64,000 nt of DNA from Candidatus Eiseniibacteriota bacterium (GTDB taxonomy: Bacteria; Eisenbacteria; RBG-16-71-46), in assembly GCA_044223005.1 (NCBI GenBank), contig JBGAML010000012.1, positions 32,001 to 96,000 of the forward strand, read 5' to 3'. Under the pieces are notes generated by a model, which saw only the letters and a list, made by a program, of their open reading frames with translations, did no database searches and was not told the origin of the DNA. The translations under genes and the position numbers were made by a program. Below are positions 53,860 to 63,987 of the stretch, in pieces. Position 1 is the stretch's first letter. Each line of letters starts with the position of its first letter.

Positions 53860-56800
53860 GTGAGTCACGGGCGGTTGGGCGAGGACGGCAGCGAACAACC
53901 CGGGCGGCGTGCCCGGGACACGGCGGGAACGTCGGCCGGTGGCGCCGCGGCGGCGGTCGAGCGCGCGGCGTTCGAGCGCCGAGACGGCGAATCGTGGGCC
54001 CGGATCGAGGGCTTCGACGGCCGGCCGCCGTTCCTCATGAACGTGCCCACGGACACGGACCTCTGGATGTTCCTCTCGTCGGCGGGCGGCCTCACCGCGG
54101 GCCGGCGGGATCCCGACGGCGCGCTGTTCCCCTACGACACCGTCGACCGCCTGCACGACGCGCATCACCACACGGGTCCCGTGACGCTCGTGCGCGTGCG
54201 CCGCGGCGCCCGCGCGGCCCGCGTGTGGGAGCCGTTCGCGGAACGCGACCTCCCCGCGCCCGGCATCGCGCGCACGCTGCGCAAGAACGCCACGGGCAAC
54301 CGCGTCGAGTTCGAGGAGATCGACCGCGACGCGGCGCTCGCGTTCCGCTACCGCTGGTCCGGCAGCGACGCCACCGGCTGGGTGCGTACGGCGTGCCTCG
54401 AGAACCTCGGCGGCGAGCCGGTCGAACTCGCGGTGCTGGACGGCCTGCGCAACCTGCTCCCGAGCGGGGTGCCGCTCGCCCTCATGCAGCATTCGAGCTG
54501 CCTCGTGGACGCCTACAAGCGCGTCGACGTGGACGCGGCCACGGGCTTGGCGACGATCGCGCTCACCGCGCGGATCAGCGACCGGCCCGAGCCCGCGGAG
54601 GAACTGCGCGCGAGCGTGGCGTGGTGTGCGGGACTCCCCGGCGCACGCGTGACGCTCGCGGCCGACGCCGCACGCCGGTTCCGCCGCGGCGAGCCGTTCG
54701 CCGCCGAGACCGCGAGCAAGGGCCGGCGCGGCCACTACTTCGTGCATGCGACGCGCACCCTTGAACCCGGCGCGACGCTGGAATGGCACCTCGGGATCGA
54801 CACCGGCCGCAGCCACGCCGACGTCGCGCGCCTGCGCGCGCGGCTCGCACAGCCGGAGCGGGCCGTGGCGTGGATCCACGATTCGCTGCGTTCGGCCACC
54901 GAGAACCTCCAGCGCGTCGTCGGCAGCGCGGATGGGCTGCAGTTCACCGCCCGCGACGAGACGCACGTGCACCACTTCGCGAACGTGCTCTTCAACGTCC
55001 TGCGCGGCGGCGTGTTCCTGCGCAACCACGCGATCCCGGTCGCCGACTTCACCTCGTTCCTGCACACGCGCAACCGCGCGCTCGCCGCGCGCCACGCGGC
55101 ACGCCTCGCGGACACGCCGGAGACGATCGAGATCGCCGCGCTGCACCGGATCGCCGAGGAGTCGGGGGATCCCGACTTCCGCCGGATCGCGCTCGAGTAC
55201 CTGCCACTCTACTTCGGCCGCCGGCACGGCGACCCGAGCCGGCCGTGGAATCGTTTCGCGATCCGCGTCCGCAACACCGACGGCAGCCAGGCGCTCCGCT
55301 TCGAGGGCAACTGGCGCGACGTGTTCCAGAACTGGGAAGCGCTGACGCGCAGCTTCCCCGGGTTCCTGCCGGGCGTCATCGCGCGCTTCCTGAACGGCTC
55401 GACCGCCGACGGCTTCAACCCGTATCGCATCACGCGGGACGGCGTGGAGTGGGAGGTGCTGGACCCCGATCACCCGTGGAGCGGCATCGGCTACTGGGGC
55501 GACCACCAGGTCGTCTACCTCCTGCGCCTGCTCGAGTCATTGCGTGACCACTTCCCCGGCGCGCTCGAGGAGATGCTGGGGCAGGAGATCTTCGGCTACG
55601 CGGACGTGCCGTACCGGCTCAAGCGCCACCGCGAAATGCTCGTCACGCCGCGCGCGACGATCCAGTTCGATCGCGAGCGCGACCGGCTGGTCGCGTCCCG
55701 CGTCGCCGCGAACGGCAACGACGGCACGCTGCTCCACGACGCCGACGGGCGCGTGCACCGCGCGTCGCTGGCGGAGAAGCTGCTCGTCCCCGCGCTCGCC
55801 AAGCTGTCGTGCCTCGTTCCCGAGGGCGGCATCTGGATGAACACCGAGCGCCCCGAATGGAACGACGCGAACAACGCCCTTGTGGGCAGCGGGCTCTCCG
55901 TCGTGACCGCGAACCACCTTCGCCGCTACCTCGCGTTCGTGGAGACGCTCGTCGCCGGCACGCCGGCGGCGACGTGGCCGGTGGCCGCGGAGGTCGTCGA
56001 ATGGCTGCGGCGCGTGCGCGGTACGCTGGAGCGGCGGCGCGGCGAACTCGCGGCCCCGCTCGACGACGCCGCGCGCATGGCGTGGATGCACGAGCTGGGT
56101 GAGGCGTTCTCGGATTACCGCGAGCGCCTCTACGCGCACGGGCTCTCCGGCACGCTGCCGCTGGCCGGCGACGAGATCGCCGCGACCTGCCGGCTCGCGT
56201 GCGAGGCGCTGGACCACACGCTGCGCGCCAACCGGCGCCCCGACGCGCTGCACCACGCGTACAACCTGCTCGAGACCGACGCCGGCTTCACGCGCGCGGC
56301 AGTGCGTCCGCTGTCGCTGATGCTCGAGGGCCAGGTCGCCGCGCTCGCGTCCGGCACGCTGCCCGCCGCCGACGCGACCCGGACCGTGGAGGGGCTCTTC
56401 CACTCGCCGCTCCACCGCGCGGACCAGGACAGCTTCATGCTCTATCCCGACCGCGAGCTGCCGGCGTTCACCGCCCGCAACCACGTGCCGGACGACGCGG
56501 CGGCGCGTGTGCCGTTGGTCGCCGAACTGCTCGCCGCGGGCGTGGGTTCGGTGCTGGAGCGCGATGCCGAGGGCGTGCTGCGCTTCCACCCCGACTTCCA
56601 TGGCGCGCCCGACCTCGCGGCCGCGCTCGACCGCCTCGCGACCGAACCGCTCTGGGCAGCCCCGGTCGCGCGCGATCGCGCCGCGATGCTCGAGCTGTTC
56701 GAGGCCACGTTCCACCACCGCACGTTCACGGGCCGTTCGGGCACGATGTACGCGTACGAAGGCCTGGGCTCGATCTACTGGCACATGGTCGCCAAGCTGC

Positions 56801-57384
56801 TGCTCGCGGTGCAGGAGTCCGAACGCGAGGCGCGCGAGCGCGGTGACGACGCGAGCGTGACCGAGTCGCTGCGCCGGCAGTACTTCCGCATCCGCGAAGG
56901 TCTCGGGTACGCGAAGCCCGCCTCCGTCTACGGCGCCTTCCCCACCGATCCCTACTCGCACACGCCCGCCGGCGCCGGCGCGCAGCAGCCCGGGATGACG
57001 GGGCAGGTGAAGGAGGAGATCCTCACCCGCTTCGGCGAACTGGGCCTGCGGCTGCGCGAGGGTCTGGTCGCGTTCGAGCCGGTGCTGCTGCGGCGGGAGG
57101 AGTTCCTCGCCGAGCCGGCCCCGTTCGCGTACTTCGACGCCGGCGGCCGGGCGTGCACGCTCGAGGTGCCACGGGGCGGACTCGCCTTCACGTACTGCGG
57201 CGTGCCGGTCGTCTACACGCGCACGCGCGGCGCGGCCGGCGTGCGGATCACGCGCGCGAACGGCGAGCAGGCCGAGCGCCCCGGGAACGTGCTGCCGGCG
57301 GCGGAGAGCGCCGAACTGCTCGCGCGCAGCGGGACGATCACCCGCATCGACGTGGGCATTCCCGAGGACGCGCTGCGCGACTGA
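53860..57384 (+). CDS. GH149 beta-1,3-glucan phosphorylase
   Basis: FGRRHGDPSRPWNRF, EGNWRDVFQNWE, GYWGDHQ, RPEWNDANNAL, FTGRSGT.YAYEGLGSIYWHMV.KL, AFPTDPYSHTP and QQPGMTGQVKE. No signal peptide. Confidence 0.85.
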   Translation: MSHGRLGEDGSEQPGRRARDTAGTSAGGAAAAVERAAFERRDGESWARIEGFDGRPPFLMNVPTDTDLWMFLSSAGGLTAGRRDPDGALFPYDTVDRLHDAHHHTGPVTLVRVRRGARAARVWEPFAERDLPAPGIARTLRKNATGNRVEFEEIDRDAALAFRYRWSGSDATGWVRTACLENLGGEPVELAVLDGLRNLLPSGVPLALMQHSSCLVDAYKRVDVDAATGLATIALTARISDRPEPAEELRASVAWCAGLPGARVTLAADAARRFRRGEPFAAETASKGRRGHYFVHATRTLEPGATLEWHLGIDTGRSHADVARLRARLAQPERAVAWIHDSLRSATENLQRVVGSADGLQFTARDETHVHHFANVLFNVLRGGVFLRNHAIPVADFTSFLHTRNRALAARHAARLADTPETIEIAALHRIAEESGDPDFRRIALEYLPLYFGRRHGDPSRPWNRFAIRVRNTDGSQALRFEGNWRDVFQNWEALTRSFPGFLPGVIARFLNGSTADGFNPYRITRDGVEWEVLDPDHPWSGIGYWGDHQVVYLLRLLESLRDHFPGALEEMLGQEIFGYADVPYRLKRHREMLVTPRATIQFDRERDRLVASRVAANGNDGTLLHDADGRVHRASLAEKLLVPALAKLSCLVPEGGIWMNTERPEWNDANNALVGSGLSVVTANHLRRYLAFVETLVAGTPAATWPVAAEVVEWLRRVRGTLERRRGELAAPLDDAARMAWMHELGEAFSDYRERLYAHGLSGTLPLAGDEIAATCRLACEALDHTLRANRRPDALHHAYNLLETDAGFTRAAVRPLSLMLEGQVAALASGTLPAADATRTVEGLFHSPLHRADQDSFMLYPDRELPAFTARNHVPDDAAARVPLVAELLAAGVGSVLERDAEGVLRFHPDFHGAPDLAAALDRLATEPLWAAPVARDRAAMLELFEATFHHRTFTGRSGTMYAYEGLGSIYWHMVAKLLLAVQESEREARERGDDASVTESLRRQYFRIREGLGYAKPASVYGAFPTDPYSHTPAGAGAQQPGMTGQVKEEILTRFGELGLRLREGLVAFEPVLLRREEFLAEPAPFAYFDAGGRACTLEVPRGGLAFTYCGVPVVYTRTRGAAGVRITRANGEQAERPGNVLPAAESAELLARSGTITRIDVGIPEDALRD

Positions 57385-57550
57385 GCGGGTGCGGCCTTGA
57401 GCCGCACCCGGCCGGCGCGCCATACTTACCCCCCCTCGCTTCCGCCGGGGTGGGTGCGTCCGCATCCGCTGCGCCGGGGGCGCCGTGCCGATCCGTCCTG
57501 CGAGCGTGCCGTGAGGCCGTGCGCCGTGGCGGAGCGAGCCAGGAGGTTCC

Positions 57551-58132
57551 GTGTCCCATCCCGCGATCCGGATCGCGCGCCCCGCGGACCGCGCTGCGAT
57601 CGACGCCATCTACGCCCACTACGTCCGCACGTCGACCTGCACCTACGACGAGGAACCGCCCACCGACGCCGAGCGCGCGGCGTGGTTCGAGGCCCACGGA
57701 CCATCGCACCCGGTGACCGTGCTCGAGCAGGACGGCGAGATCGTCGGCTGGGCGTCGCTCTCGCCGTGGAGAGCGCGGTCGGGCTACCGCCGGAGCGCCG
57801 AACTGTCGGTCTACCTGCGCCCGGACGCCTGCGGGCGCGGACTCGGGCGCACGCTCCTCGCCGACCTCGTCGAGCGCGCCGAGGCACTCGGCGTCCACGC
57901 GCTGATCGGCGGCATTTCCGCCGACCAGGCGCCGAGCATCCGCCTGCACGAACGGATGGGATTCACGCGCGTGGCGCACCTCCGCGAGGTGGGTTTCAAG
58001 TTCGGGCGCTGGCTCGACGTCGTCTACTACCAGCGCCGGCGGGCCGCCCGAAGGCGGCCCGCCGGCGCATCACGGCCTGCGGCAGGGCCTACAGCCGCAC
58101 CATCCGCTCCGACTTCACGCCGAAGGGCGTGA
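57551..58132 (+). CDS. GNAT N-acetyltransferase (phosphinothricin acetyltransferase/MnaT-like); C-terminus looks like read-through
   Basis: IYAHYV, ELSVYL, GRGLGR, SIRLHERMGF and VGFKFGRWLDV. AGGAGG RBS. Confidence 0.88.
   Translation: MSHPAIRIARPADRAAIDAIYAHYVRTSTCTYDEEPPTDAERAAWFEAHGPSHPVTVLEQDGEIVGWASLSPWRARSGYRRSAELSVYLRPDACGRGLGRTLLADLVERAEALGVHALIGGISADQAPSIRLHERMGFTRVAHLREVGFKFGRWLDVVYYQRRRAARRRPAGASRPAAGPTAAPSAPTSRRRA
58033..58068. terminator. 16-bp perfect hairpin between convergent genes, inside the GNAT ORF tail
   Basis: GCGCCGGCGGGCCGCC-cgaa-GGCGGCCCGCCGGCGC. Confidence 0.6.
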
Positions 58133-60677
58133 CGAGCCGCACGAAGTAGACGCCCGAGCGCACGGCGCCGCCGTCGCTCGACCGTCCCTCCCAGCGCACG
58201 GAACGCGTGCCGGCCGCGAACTCGCCGTCCTGCGCCCACACGCGGCGCCCCGAGAGGTCGAGCACCTCGAGCCGCACGTGCGCGTCCCGAGGGAGCGTGA
58301 ACGACAGCACGGCCGCGCCGCTTGCCGGGTTCGGCTGCGGACGTGCGAGCGCGAGCGCGCCCGGCCGGTTCGCCGGAGCGTCGTCGGTCTCGGGGCCGCC
58401 GAGCGGCGCGAGCGCGAACGCCCCACCGCCGGTGACCGCGACGTTGTCGATCGCGACCTTGGGCCGCGAGCCCGTCGTGCCGCCCGTGCCGTTGTGGTAG
58501 TAGAACCGGATCCGCGCGCTGGGCGAGTTGCCGAACGACGCCGGCAGCGCGACGCTGGTGATGCTGCCCGAACCGGCGACGTTGTTCGTGAAGTTGAGCA
58601 CGTCGGCCGCGGCCAGTTCGGTGAACGTCGCACCGTCGATGCTGGTGTAGACGCGCAGCGAGCCCTTGCGGTCGCCCGTCGAGTTGAACACCGTCTGCCA
58701 GCTGTAGCTCAGGGTACCGGCGGCGATCCCGGTGAAGTCGAGGAACAGGTCGATCGCGTCGGCGGAGCTGTTGTCGGTCGTGCCCGTCGAGAGCAGCTGG
58801 ATGTTGCCTGTGCCCTTCTGGACGCCACCCGTCGTACCGGTCACGAACGTCGCCGTGCTCGCGGTGGTGTGGATGCCGTCCGGGATCGTCCCCGAGCCCT
58901 GCACGGGCACCGAGCCCCAGCGATTCGCGCCCACGCCGCTTGCGAAGTTGTTCGTCCAGTTCGCGATGTCCCCGAAGGCCTCGAGGTAGTTGCCGCTCGC
59001 CATCGGCCACGGCACGGCGGTGCCGTTGCTGAAGCTCGCGCTGAGGGTGTGGTTGGCCTGCACGTTCGTGAACGTGTAGGTCGTGACGGCACCGACCGAC
59101 GCGCCGTCCACGATCACGTTTGCGACGTGGTAGCCGCCGTTGGCCGTGATCGTGAACGCCTGGTTCGCGCCCGCGGTCACCGCGACCGCGCCACTGGGCG
59201 ACACCGTGCCGTTGCTGCCGGCGGACGCCGTGATGGTGTAGGTGGTGGCGTTGGCGGCGAACGTCGCCGCGATCGTGTGGCTCGCCGTCACGTTGGTGAA
59301 CGTGTAGGTCGTGACCGCACCGACCGACGCGCCATCCACCGTCACGGCGTTCACGTGGTAGCCCGTGTTGGCGGTGATCGTGAACGCCTGGTTCGCGCCC
59401 TGGACCACGGCGACGGCGCCGCTCGGGCTGATCGTGCCGTTGGTGCCGGCCGACGCGGTGATCGTCCAGCGGTCGATCGTGAAGTTGGCGGCACTGGCGC
59501 CGGCGCCCGAGTTTCCCGCGGCGTCGCGTGCGGTGGCGCGCACGCGCACCGTGGCGCTCGGCGCGTTCGGCACGGTCCAGGCGTACGTGCCCGTGTTCGA
59601 GAGGCCGGTGGCGATCGTGTTCGGGTACGTCGCCCCGCCGTCGGTCGAGTACGCGAGGTCGACGGCCGTCACGCCGACGTTGTCGCTCGCGGTCCACGTG
59701 ATCGCGTGCGACGAGCCGGCCTTCCAGGTCTCGCCGCCCACGGGCGACGTCACGCTGACGGTCGGCGCCGTGACGTCACCCGCCGTCCGCCGCGACGCCC
59801 AGAGCGACGCGTTGAGGAACAGCGTGCCGTCGCTCGCGCCGGCTTCCGTCCAGCCGTTGTAGAGCGAGTTGCCCGAGGCGCCGGTGCCGTCGTCGGCAGG
59901 CGAGCTGTCGCCCACGAACACGACGCGCCCGTTGCCGTAGACGGCCGACGCGCACATCACGTTCGACGTGCTCGTCTGGGCGGTCCCGGTCGTCCACACC
60001 TCGCCACGAACGCTGGCGTTGACCGCGGGATAGAGCACCATCGTGGTGCCGTTGTGGTACGCGAGACCCGTGACGTTGCCCACCGGCCCGCGCGTGATGG
60101 AATCGCTGGCCACGGCGCGCACGTTGGTGGAGGTCTGCACGATGTTGTTGTTCGGCTCGCCGCTCACGTTGAAGTGGACGCCCAGCAGGTGCGTCGGGTC
60201 GAGGTTGTTCCAGATGGCCGGGGAATCCCAGCCGTCGCTGTTGCGATCGGAGCCCGTGTGGTCCGAGATCGCCACGAGGCCGCCACCGTTGGCGAGGAAG
60301 CTGAAGATCGCCGACGCCTCGGCCGCGGTGAACACGGTGTTGGGTTCGTCGATCACGAGCAGGTCGTAGTTCGTGAGATCGCGCGCGTTGCCGGCGTTGC
60401 CGTAGGTCAGCGCGCTCGTGTTGGTCTCCACCGTGTAGCCCCGCTGGACGAGGGCGACGCCCCACGCGGACAGAGCGCCGGTCCAGAACGTCTCGGTACT
60501 CGAACCCGTGATGCCGCTCTGCGCCGGCGACGGCGTCGGGAAGTTGTTGTCGATCACCCAGTCGGCGTTACCGGCCTGCTCGGCGTGGGCGTTGTCGAAC
60601 AGCGCTTTCTTGGCGGCGAAGGCGGGGGATGCGGCCAGCAGGACGGCCAGCATCGCGATCAGCAGCTTGAAGCGCAT
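58089..60677 (-). CDS. Secreted multidomain protein: GATase-like alpha/beta domain, Ig-like domain, two 70-aa repeats, beta-sandwich, FlgD-Ig/T9SS-like CTD
   Basis: Signal peptide, LFDNAHAEQAGNADWVID, EPN..F, GDSSPADDG, DVTAPTV Ig domain and QPNP..VLDLSGRRV..GVYFVRL. Confidence 0.82.
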   Translation of the reverse strand: MRFKLLIAMLAVLLAASPAFAAKKALFDNAHAEQAGNADWVIDNNFPTPSPAQSGITGSSTETFWTGALSAWGVALVQRGYTVETNTSALTYGNAGNARDLTNYDLLVIDEPNTVFTAAEASAIFSFLANGGGLVAISDHTGSDRNSDGWDSPAIWNNLDPTHLLGVHFNVSGEPNNNIVQTSTNVRAVASDSITRGPVGNVTGLAYHNGTTMVLYPAVNASVRGEVWTTGTAQTSTSNVMCASAVYGNGRVVFVGDSSPADDGTGASGNSLYNGWTEAGASDGTLFLNASLWASRRTAGDVTAPTVSVTSPVGGETWKAGSSHAITWTASDNVGVTAVDLAYSTDGGATYPNTIATGLSNTGTYAWTVPNAPSATVRVRATARDAAGNSGAGASAANFTIDRWTITASAGTNGTISPSGAVAVVQGANQAFTITANTGYHVNAVTVDGASVGAVTTYTFTNVTASHTIAATFAANATTYTITASAGSNGTVSPSGAVAVTAGANQAFTITANGGYHVANVIVDGASVGAVTTYTFTNVQANHTLSASFSNGTAVPWPMASGNYLEAFGDIANWTNNFASGVGANRWGSVPVQGSGTIPDGIHTTASTATFVTGTTGGVQKGTGNIQLLSTGTTDNSSADAIDLFLDFTGIAAGTLSYSWQTVFNSTGDRKGSLRVYTSIDGATFTELAAADVLNFTNNVAGSGSITSVALPASFGNSPSARIRFYYHNGTGGTTGSRPKVAIDNVAVTGGGAFALAPLGGPETDDAPANRPGALALARPQPNPASGAAVLSFTLPRDAHVRLEVLDLSGRRVWAQDGEFAAGTRSVRWEGRSSDGGAVRSGVYFVRLVTPFGVKSERMVRL
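59031..59468 (-). repeat. Tandem 210-bp intragenic domain duplication (59031-59240 and 59259-59468)
   Basis: (W/Y)TITASAG.NGT.SPSGAVAV..GANQAFTITAN.GYHV..V.VDGASVGAVTTYTFTNV...HT..A.F occurs twice. Confidence 0.85.
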
Positions 60678-60939
60678 CGGGGACCTTCCCATCCTGGGGT
60701 AGGCATGCGCGGCGCGGCGGCCTCTCCGCCGTCACCGGGGTGCGTGGGGGACCGCTGCGCATATTAGGCAACGCCCGGTCACGCACCCAAGAACGCGACG
60801 TGACGAAGCGGTGACGGCGCAGCGGGAGTTCGGCACCACGTGACACGCCCGAGCGTCGCCGCCGCGGCGCTCCCGCGAGTGAACGCACCGCGGGCGCGGA
60901 CCCTGTCGGATCCGCGCCCGCGTCGTGCGTCGGCCGGCG

Positions 60940-62793
60940 TCAGTTGGTGCGGAGGTCGGGGATCGCGCCGGGGGGCGTCGTGTCGGAGGCGACGGCGGTG
61001 GCGATCGAGACGGTGTTCGAGACACCGCTCGCGTTCCCCGCTTCGTCACGGACGATGAGCGCGAAGTAGTAGGTCGTGTTCGGGCTCAGCCCGCTCACGG
61101 TCACGTTCTCGGTCGCTCCCGACGGCTGCGGCGCGGGCACGCCGCCGTAGGCGGTCGCGCTCGCGAAGTTGCCCGAGGTGATGGGCGACGTGCTGTATCG
61201 GAGGTCGTAGACGCTCGCGATGCCGCTGCCGGCATCGTCGCCGACCGCCGTCCAGCGCAGCGCCACCGTGCTCGACGTGCTGCTGATCGCGGCCAGCGTC
61301 CCGACGGTCGACGGGGCCGACACGTCGGCGGTCGGCGTCCCCAGCGATCCGGCGAAACCGTCCTGCAGGTTCGCCGACTGCGCGGGACTGCCCGGCAGGA
61401 GCGTCGTGTTGAGCGTCGCGTAGCTGGAGTCGGTGAACATCGGCGTGTTCCACGCGGCCTTGCCGGCCTGGCCGAAGTTGCCGCCGCTGCCCGGGGCGCC
61501 CATGGAACCGCCGAAGCTGATCGCGTTCCCGGCGCTGCCGTTGCGGTTGAACACCAGCCCCAGCGAATCGAGGCTCACGCCCGACGCGGGCACGCGGATC
61601 GATGCGCTCGAACCCGAGCCGTTGGCGGCCGTCGAGTAGAACAGGTTCGAGCTCAGCCGGTTCCCCGACACGTTCGAAGCCGACGAGACGTCGAACAGCG
61701 TCGACGTGGTGCCGTAGAAGGTGTTGTGGCGGACGACCGTGCCCGTGAAGTCCTTGCCGTTGGCGATGAACAGCACCGTCGCGCCGCTCACGATGAACGT
61801 GTTGAACTCGAGCGTGTCCTGGCGCGAGCCACCCTGCCAGCAGATGCCGCCGTTGCCCACGATCGGGGCGCCGATGCGGATGGTGTTGTTGCCGAGGTAG
61901 TTGTGATTCGTCGACGCGATGAAGCTGCCGTCCTGCGCGAGCCCGAGCGAGATGGTGCCGGGGCCCGACTGCGTGAGCCGGTTGCCGACGAAGCGGTTGT
62001 AGCTGCTGCTGTCGCGGTAGGCCCAGAGCCCCTTGGTGCCGCCGGGCGTCTGGTTCATCACCACGTTCCAGGTGTTGTTCTGGAACGAGTTGTAGTACGA
62101 GCGGTACATCTCGAGCGCGAAGCAGTAGCCGCCGGTCGCGTTGACCGTGAAGTTGAACGTGTTGTTGAAGAAGGTGTTGTACTGGGCGCGGTAGAACTCG
62201 ATGAACTGGAAGTCCGTCGCCGCGTTGTGCGTGTAGTTGAACGTCGAGTTCTTGATCAAGTTGCTCGAGGGCCGCAGCGTGCCGATGTCGTCGAGCATCG
62301 TGATGCGATCGTCGACGCCCGTGACCGAGAGACTGTCGTAGACGTTCTCCTTGCCGATGCAGATCAGCCCGCCGTTGGTCACGGTGCTCTTCACCAGCGA
62401 GTCGTACCGGCAGGCGTACCAGCCGCCGCTGCGCAGGTGGTAGGGCGAGCCGATGTTGTTGCTCGACGAGATCCACTTCACGGTGACGTAGTCGCCGCAG
62501 GTGTGGTTCGCGCCGTCGTTCTCGTACCCGAAGAAGATGCCGTTGACGGTCGCCGCCGTGGGATTGGCCTGGTTGCCGTAGTAGTAGATCCGCGCGCCGG
62601 CGGTGCCGTTGTGCTGCGGACGGACGGGCACGGTGTAGGTGCCCGGCCCGACGCGCACGATGTCGCCCGCGACCGCACCCGCGTTCGCCGCCGTGAGGGT
62701 GGCGTCGTTGGTGACGGTCCAAACCGCCGCGGCCGCCTCCTGGGGCGCGAGCGCGGCGAGGACCAGCACGGGCAGCAATCGCTTGAGCAGCAT
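60940..62793 (-). CDS. Secreted right-handed beta-helix protein with C-terminal fibronectin type III domain
   Basis: Signal peptide, AGDIVRVGPGTY, Asn-rich NTF repeats and WTAVGDD...YDLRYS...GLSPNTTYYFAL FN3 motif. Confidence 0.8.
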   Translation of the reverse strand: MLLKRLLPVLVLAALAPQEAAAAVWTVTNDATLTAANAGAVAGDIVRVGPGTYTVPVRPQHNGTAGARIYYYGNQANPTAATVNGIFFGYENDGANHTCGDYVTVKWISSSNNIGSPYHLRSGGWYACRYDSLVKSTVTNGGLICIGKENVYDSLSVTGVDDRITMLDDIGTLRPSSNLIKNSTFNYTHNAATDFQFIEFYRAQYNTFFNNTFNFTVNATGGYCFALEMYRSYYNSFQNNTWNVVMNQTPGGTKGLWAYRDSSSYNRFVGNRLTQSGPGTISLGLAQDGSFIASTNHNYLGNNTIRIGAPIVGNGGICWQGGSRQDTLEFNTFIVSGATVLFIANGKDFTGTVVRHNTFYGTTSTLFDVSSASNVSGNRLSSNLFYSTAANGSGSSASIRVPASGVSLDSLGLVFNRNGSAGNAISFGGSMGAPGSGGNFGQAGKAAWNTPMFTDSSYATLNTTLLPGSPAQSANLQDGFAGSLGTPTADVSAPSTVGTLAAISSTSSTVALRWTAVGDDAGSGIASVYDLRYSTSPITSGNFASATAYGGVPAPQPSGATENVTVSGLSPNTTYYFALIVRDEAGNASGVSNTVSIATAVASDTTPPGAIPDLRTN

Positions 62794-63216
62794 CGTCACT
62801 CCTTCAACACCCGCGCCCGGATCCGGACGTCCTCCGGCTCGAGCTCGGTTCCATGCCCGCGTTCGGCGGGTCGCCTGCAGGTCCGCGGAAGGCTCCACGG
62901 AACGCCCGGGCCGCGATTCGGTCCGGCACCCGGGCCTCGACTCGCGTTCCGCCCCGGGCGCCGCGCATCCCAGCAAGTTCCGTGCGTGGCGACGTCGGAC
63001 GTACTACCCGCGACTTAGGCGCGTGCTCCAAGGGATTCGGATGCCGAATCCGTATCACTCCGACAGGCTGGCATGCAATCCGCAATTGCAGCCTCAGCCC
63101 GAGAAAAACGCCCCGACCGCCCGCGCATTCGCACGGACGGCCGGGTCTGCCGCCTCCCCCGAGAGCGGCATGTCGGAGCCGGTGGGCCGCCGGTGACGCC
63201 GGCCCGCCGGGAGCGC

Positions 63217-63879
63217 TCAGCGGCGCACGGACCAGCCGGCGCTGAGCGTCGTGCGCGTACCGTCGCGATTCGACGAGATGGCCACGTTGAGCGGGACGCG
63301 GATGCCGCCGAAGTCCACCGAACGGCCCGCGGCGAAGACGATCGCGCTGCTCGAGCCGCCCGAGGCGTTGACCAGCGTGAGGCTGGGCCCGACGCCGAAC
63401 TCGAAGCCGTTCGCGAACCGGGCGCCGAGCACGACGGTGAGCGACGGGATCAGCTTGCCGTACTCGATGCCGCCGAAGAGCGGGACGACCTGCGTGAGCA
63501 GCTCGGGACCGTCACCGATGGGCGCGACGTGGTGCTCGAACTGCCAGCCGAACTGGCTCATCACGCGGCCGTAGCCGTGGTCCTGCAGCGCGCGCGCCGC
63601 GCGGTCGTTGCCGGGCGCGAACGTGAAGCCGAGGCGCGGGCCGCTCATGGCGCGCTGGACGAGCACCGTCGGCGGCTCGGCGAGCGCGACCGAACCCGGC
63701 ACGGGCGAGCCGACGTTCTCGTATGCGGAGATCTGCTGCCCGGTCGTGACGAAGGTCGGGAGCGCGGTGCTGTCGGCCATGGCGGCGGCTTCCTGGGCAT
63801 GCGCGGCGAGCGGAGCAACCAGCGCGAGCGTGGCGGCGAGGGCGATGCGGCGGGCGGTGCGAATCGTGTGGAGCGTCAT
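63217..63879 (-). CDS. Secreted/outer-membrane hypothetical protein (small beta-barrel-like)
   Basis: GGAGG RBS, signal peptide, and GPRLGFT, SQFGWQFE and EFGVGP beta-strands. Confidence 0.7.
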   Translation of the reverse strand: MTLHTIRTARRIALAATLALVAPLAAHAQEAAAMADSTALPTFVTTGQQISAYENVGSPVPGSVALAEPPTVLVQRAMSGPRLGFTFAPGNDRAARALQDHGYGRVMSQFGWQFEHHVAPIGDGPELLTQVVPLFGGIEYGKLIPSLTVVLGARFANGFEFGVGPSLTLVNASGGSSSAIVFAAGRSVDFGGIRVPLNVAISSNRDGTRTTLSAGWSVRR

Positions 63880-63970
63880 GGCGTGGCCTCCTCGTGGGGC
63901 CGCTGGCCTCCGCGTCGCGGAGCGGCCGGCGGGATCGGGTTCGTGTTCGACGTGCACGCCATGCCCCTAC

Positions 63971-63987
63971 CGCAAGGGCAGTGCCGG
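63971..63987 (-). promoter_or_regulatory. Putative sigma54 (-24/-12) promoter
   Basis: Minus strand CCGGCAC-TGCCC-TTGCG, about 90 bp upstream of the 63879 start. Confidence 0.5.

Noticed and set aside
63069..63085. CTGGCATGCAATCCGCA sigma54-like element
   Set aside because: It has a weak -12 box and points on the + strand toward the 3' end of a minus-strand gene.
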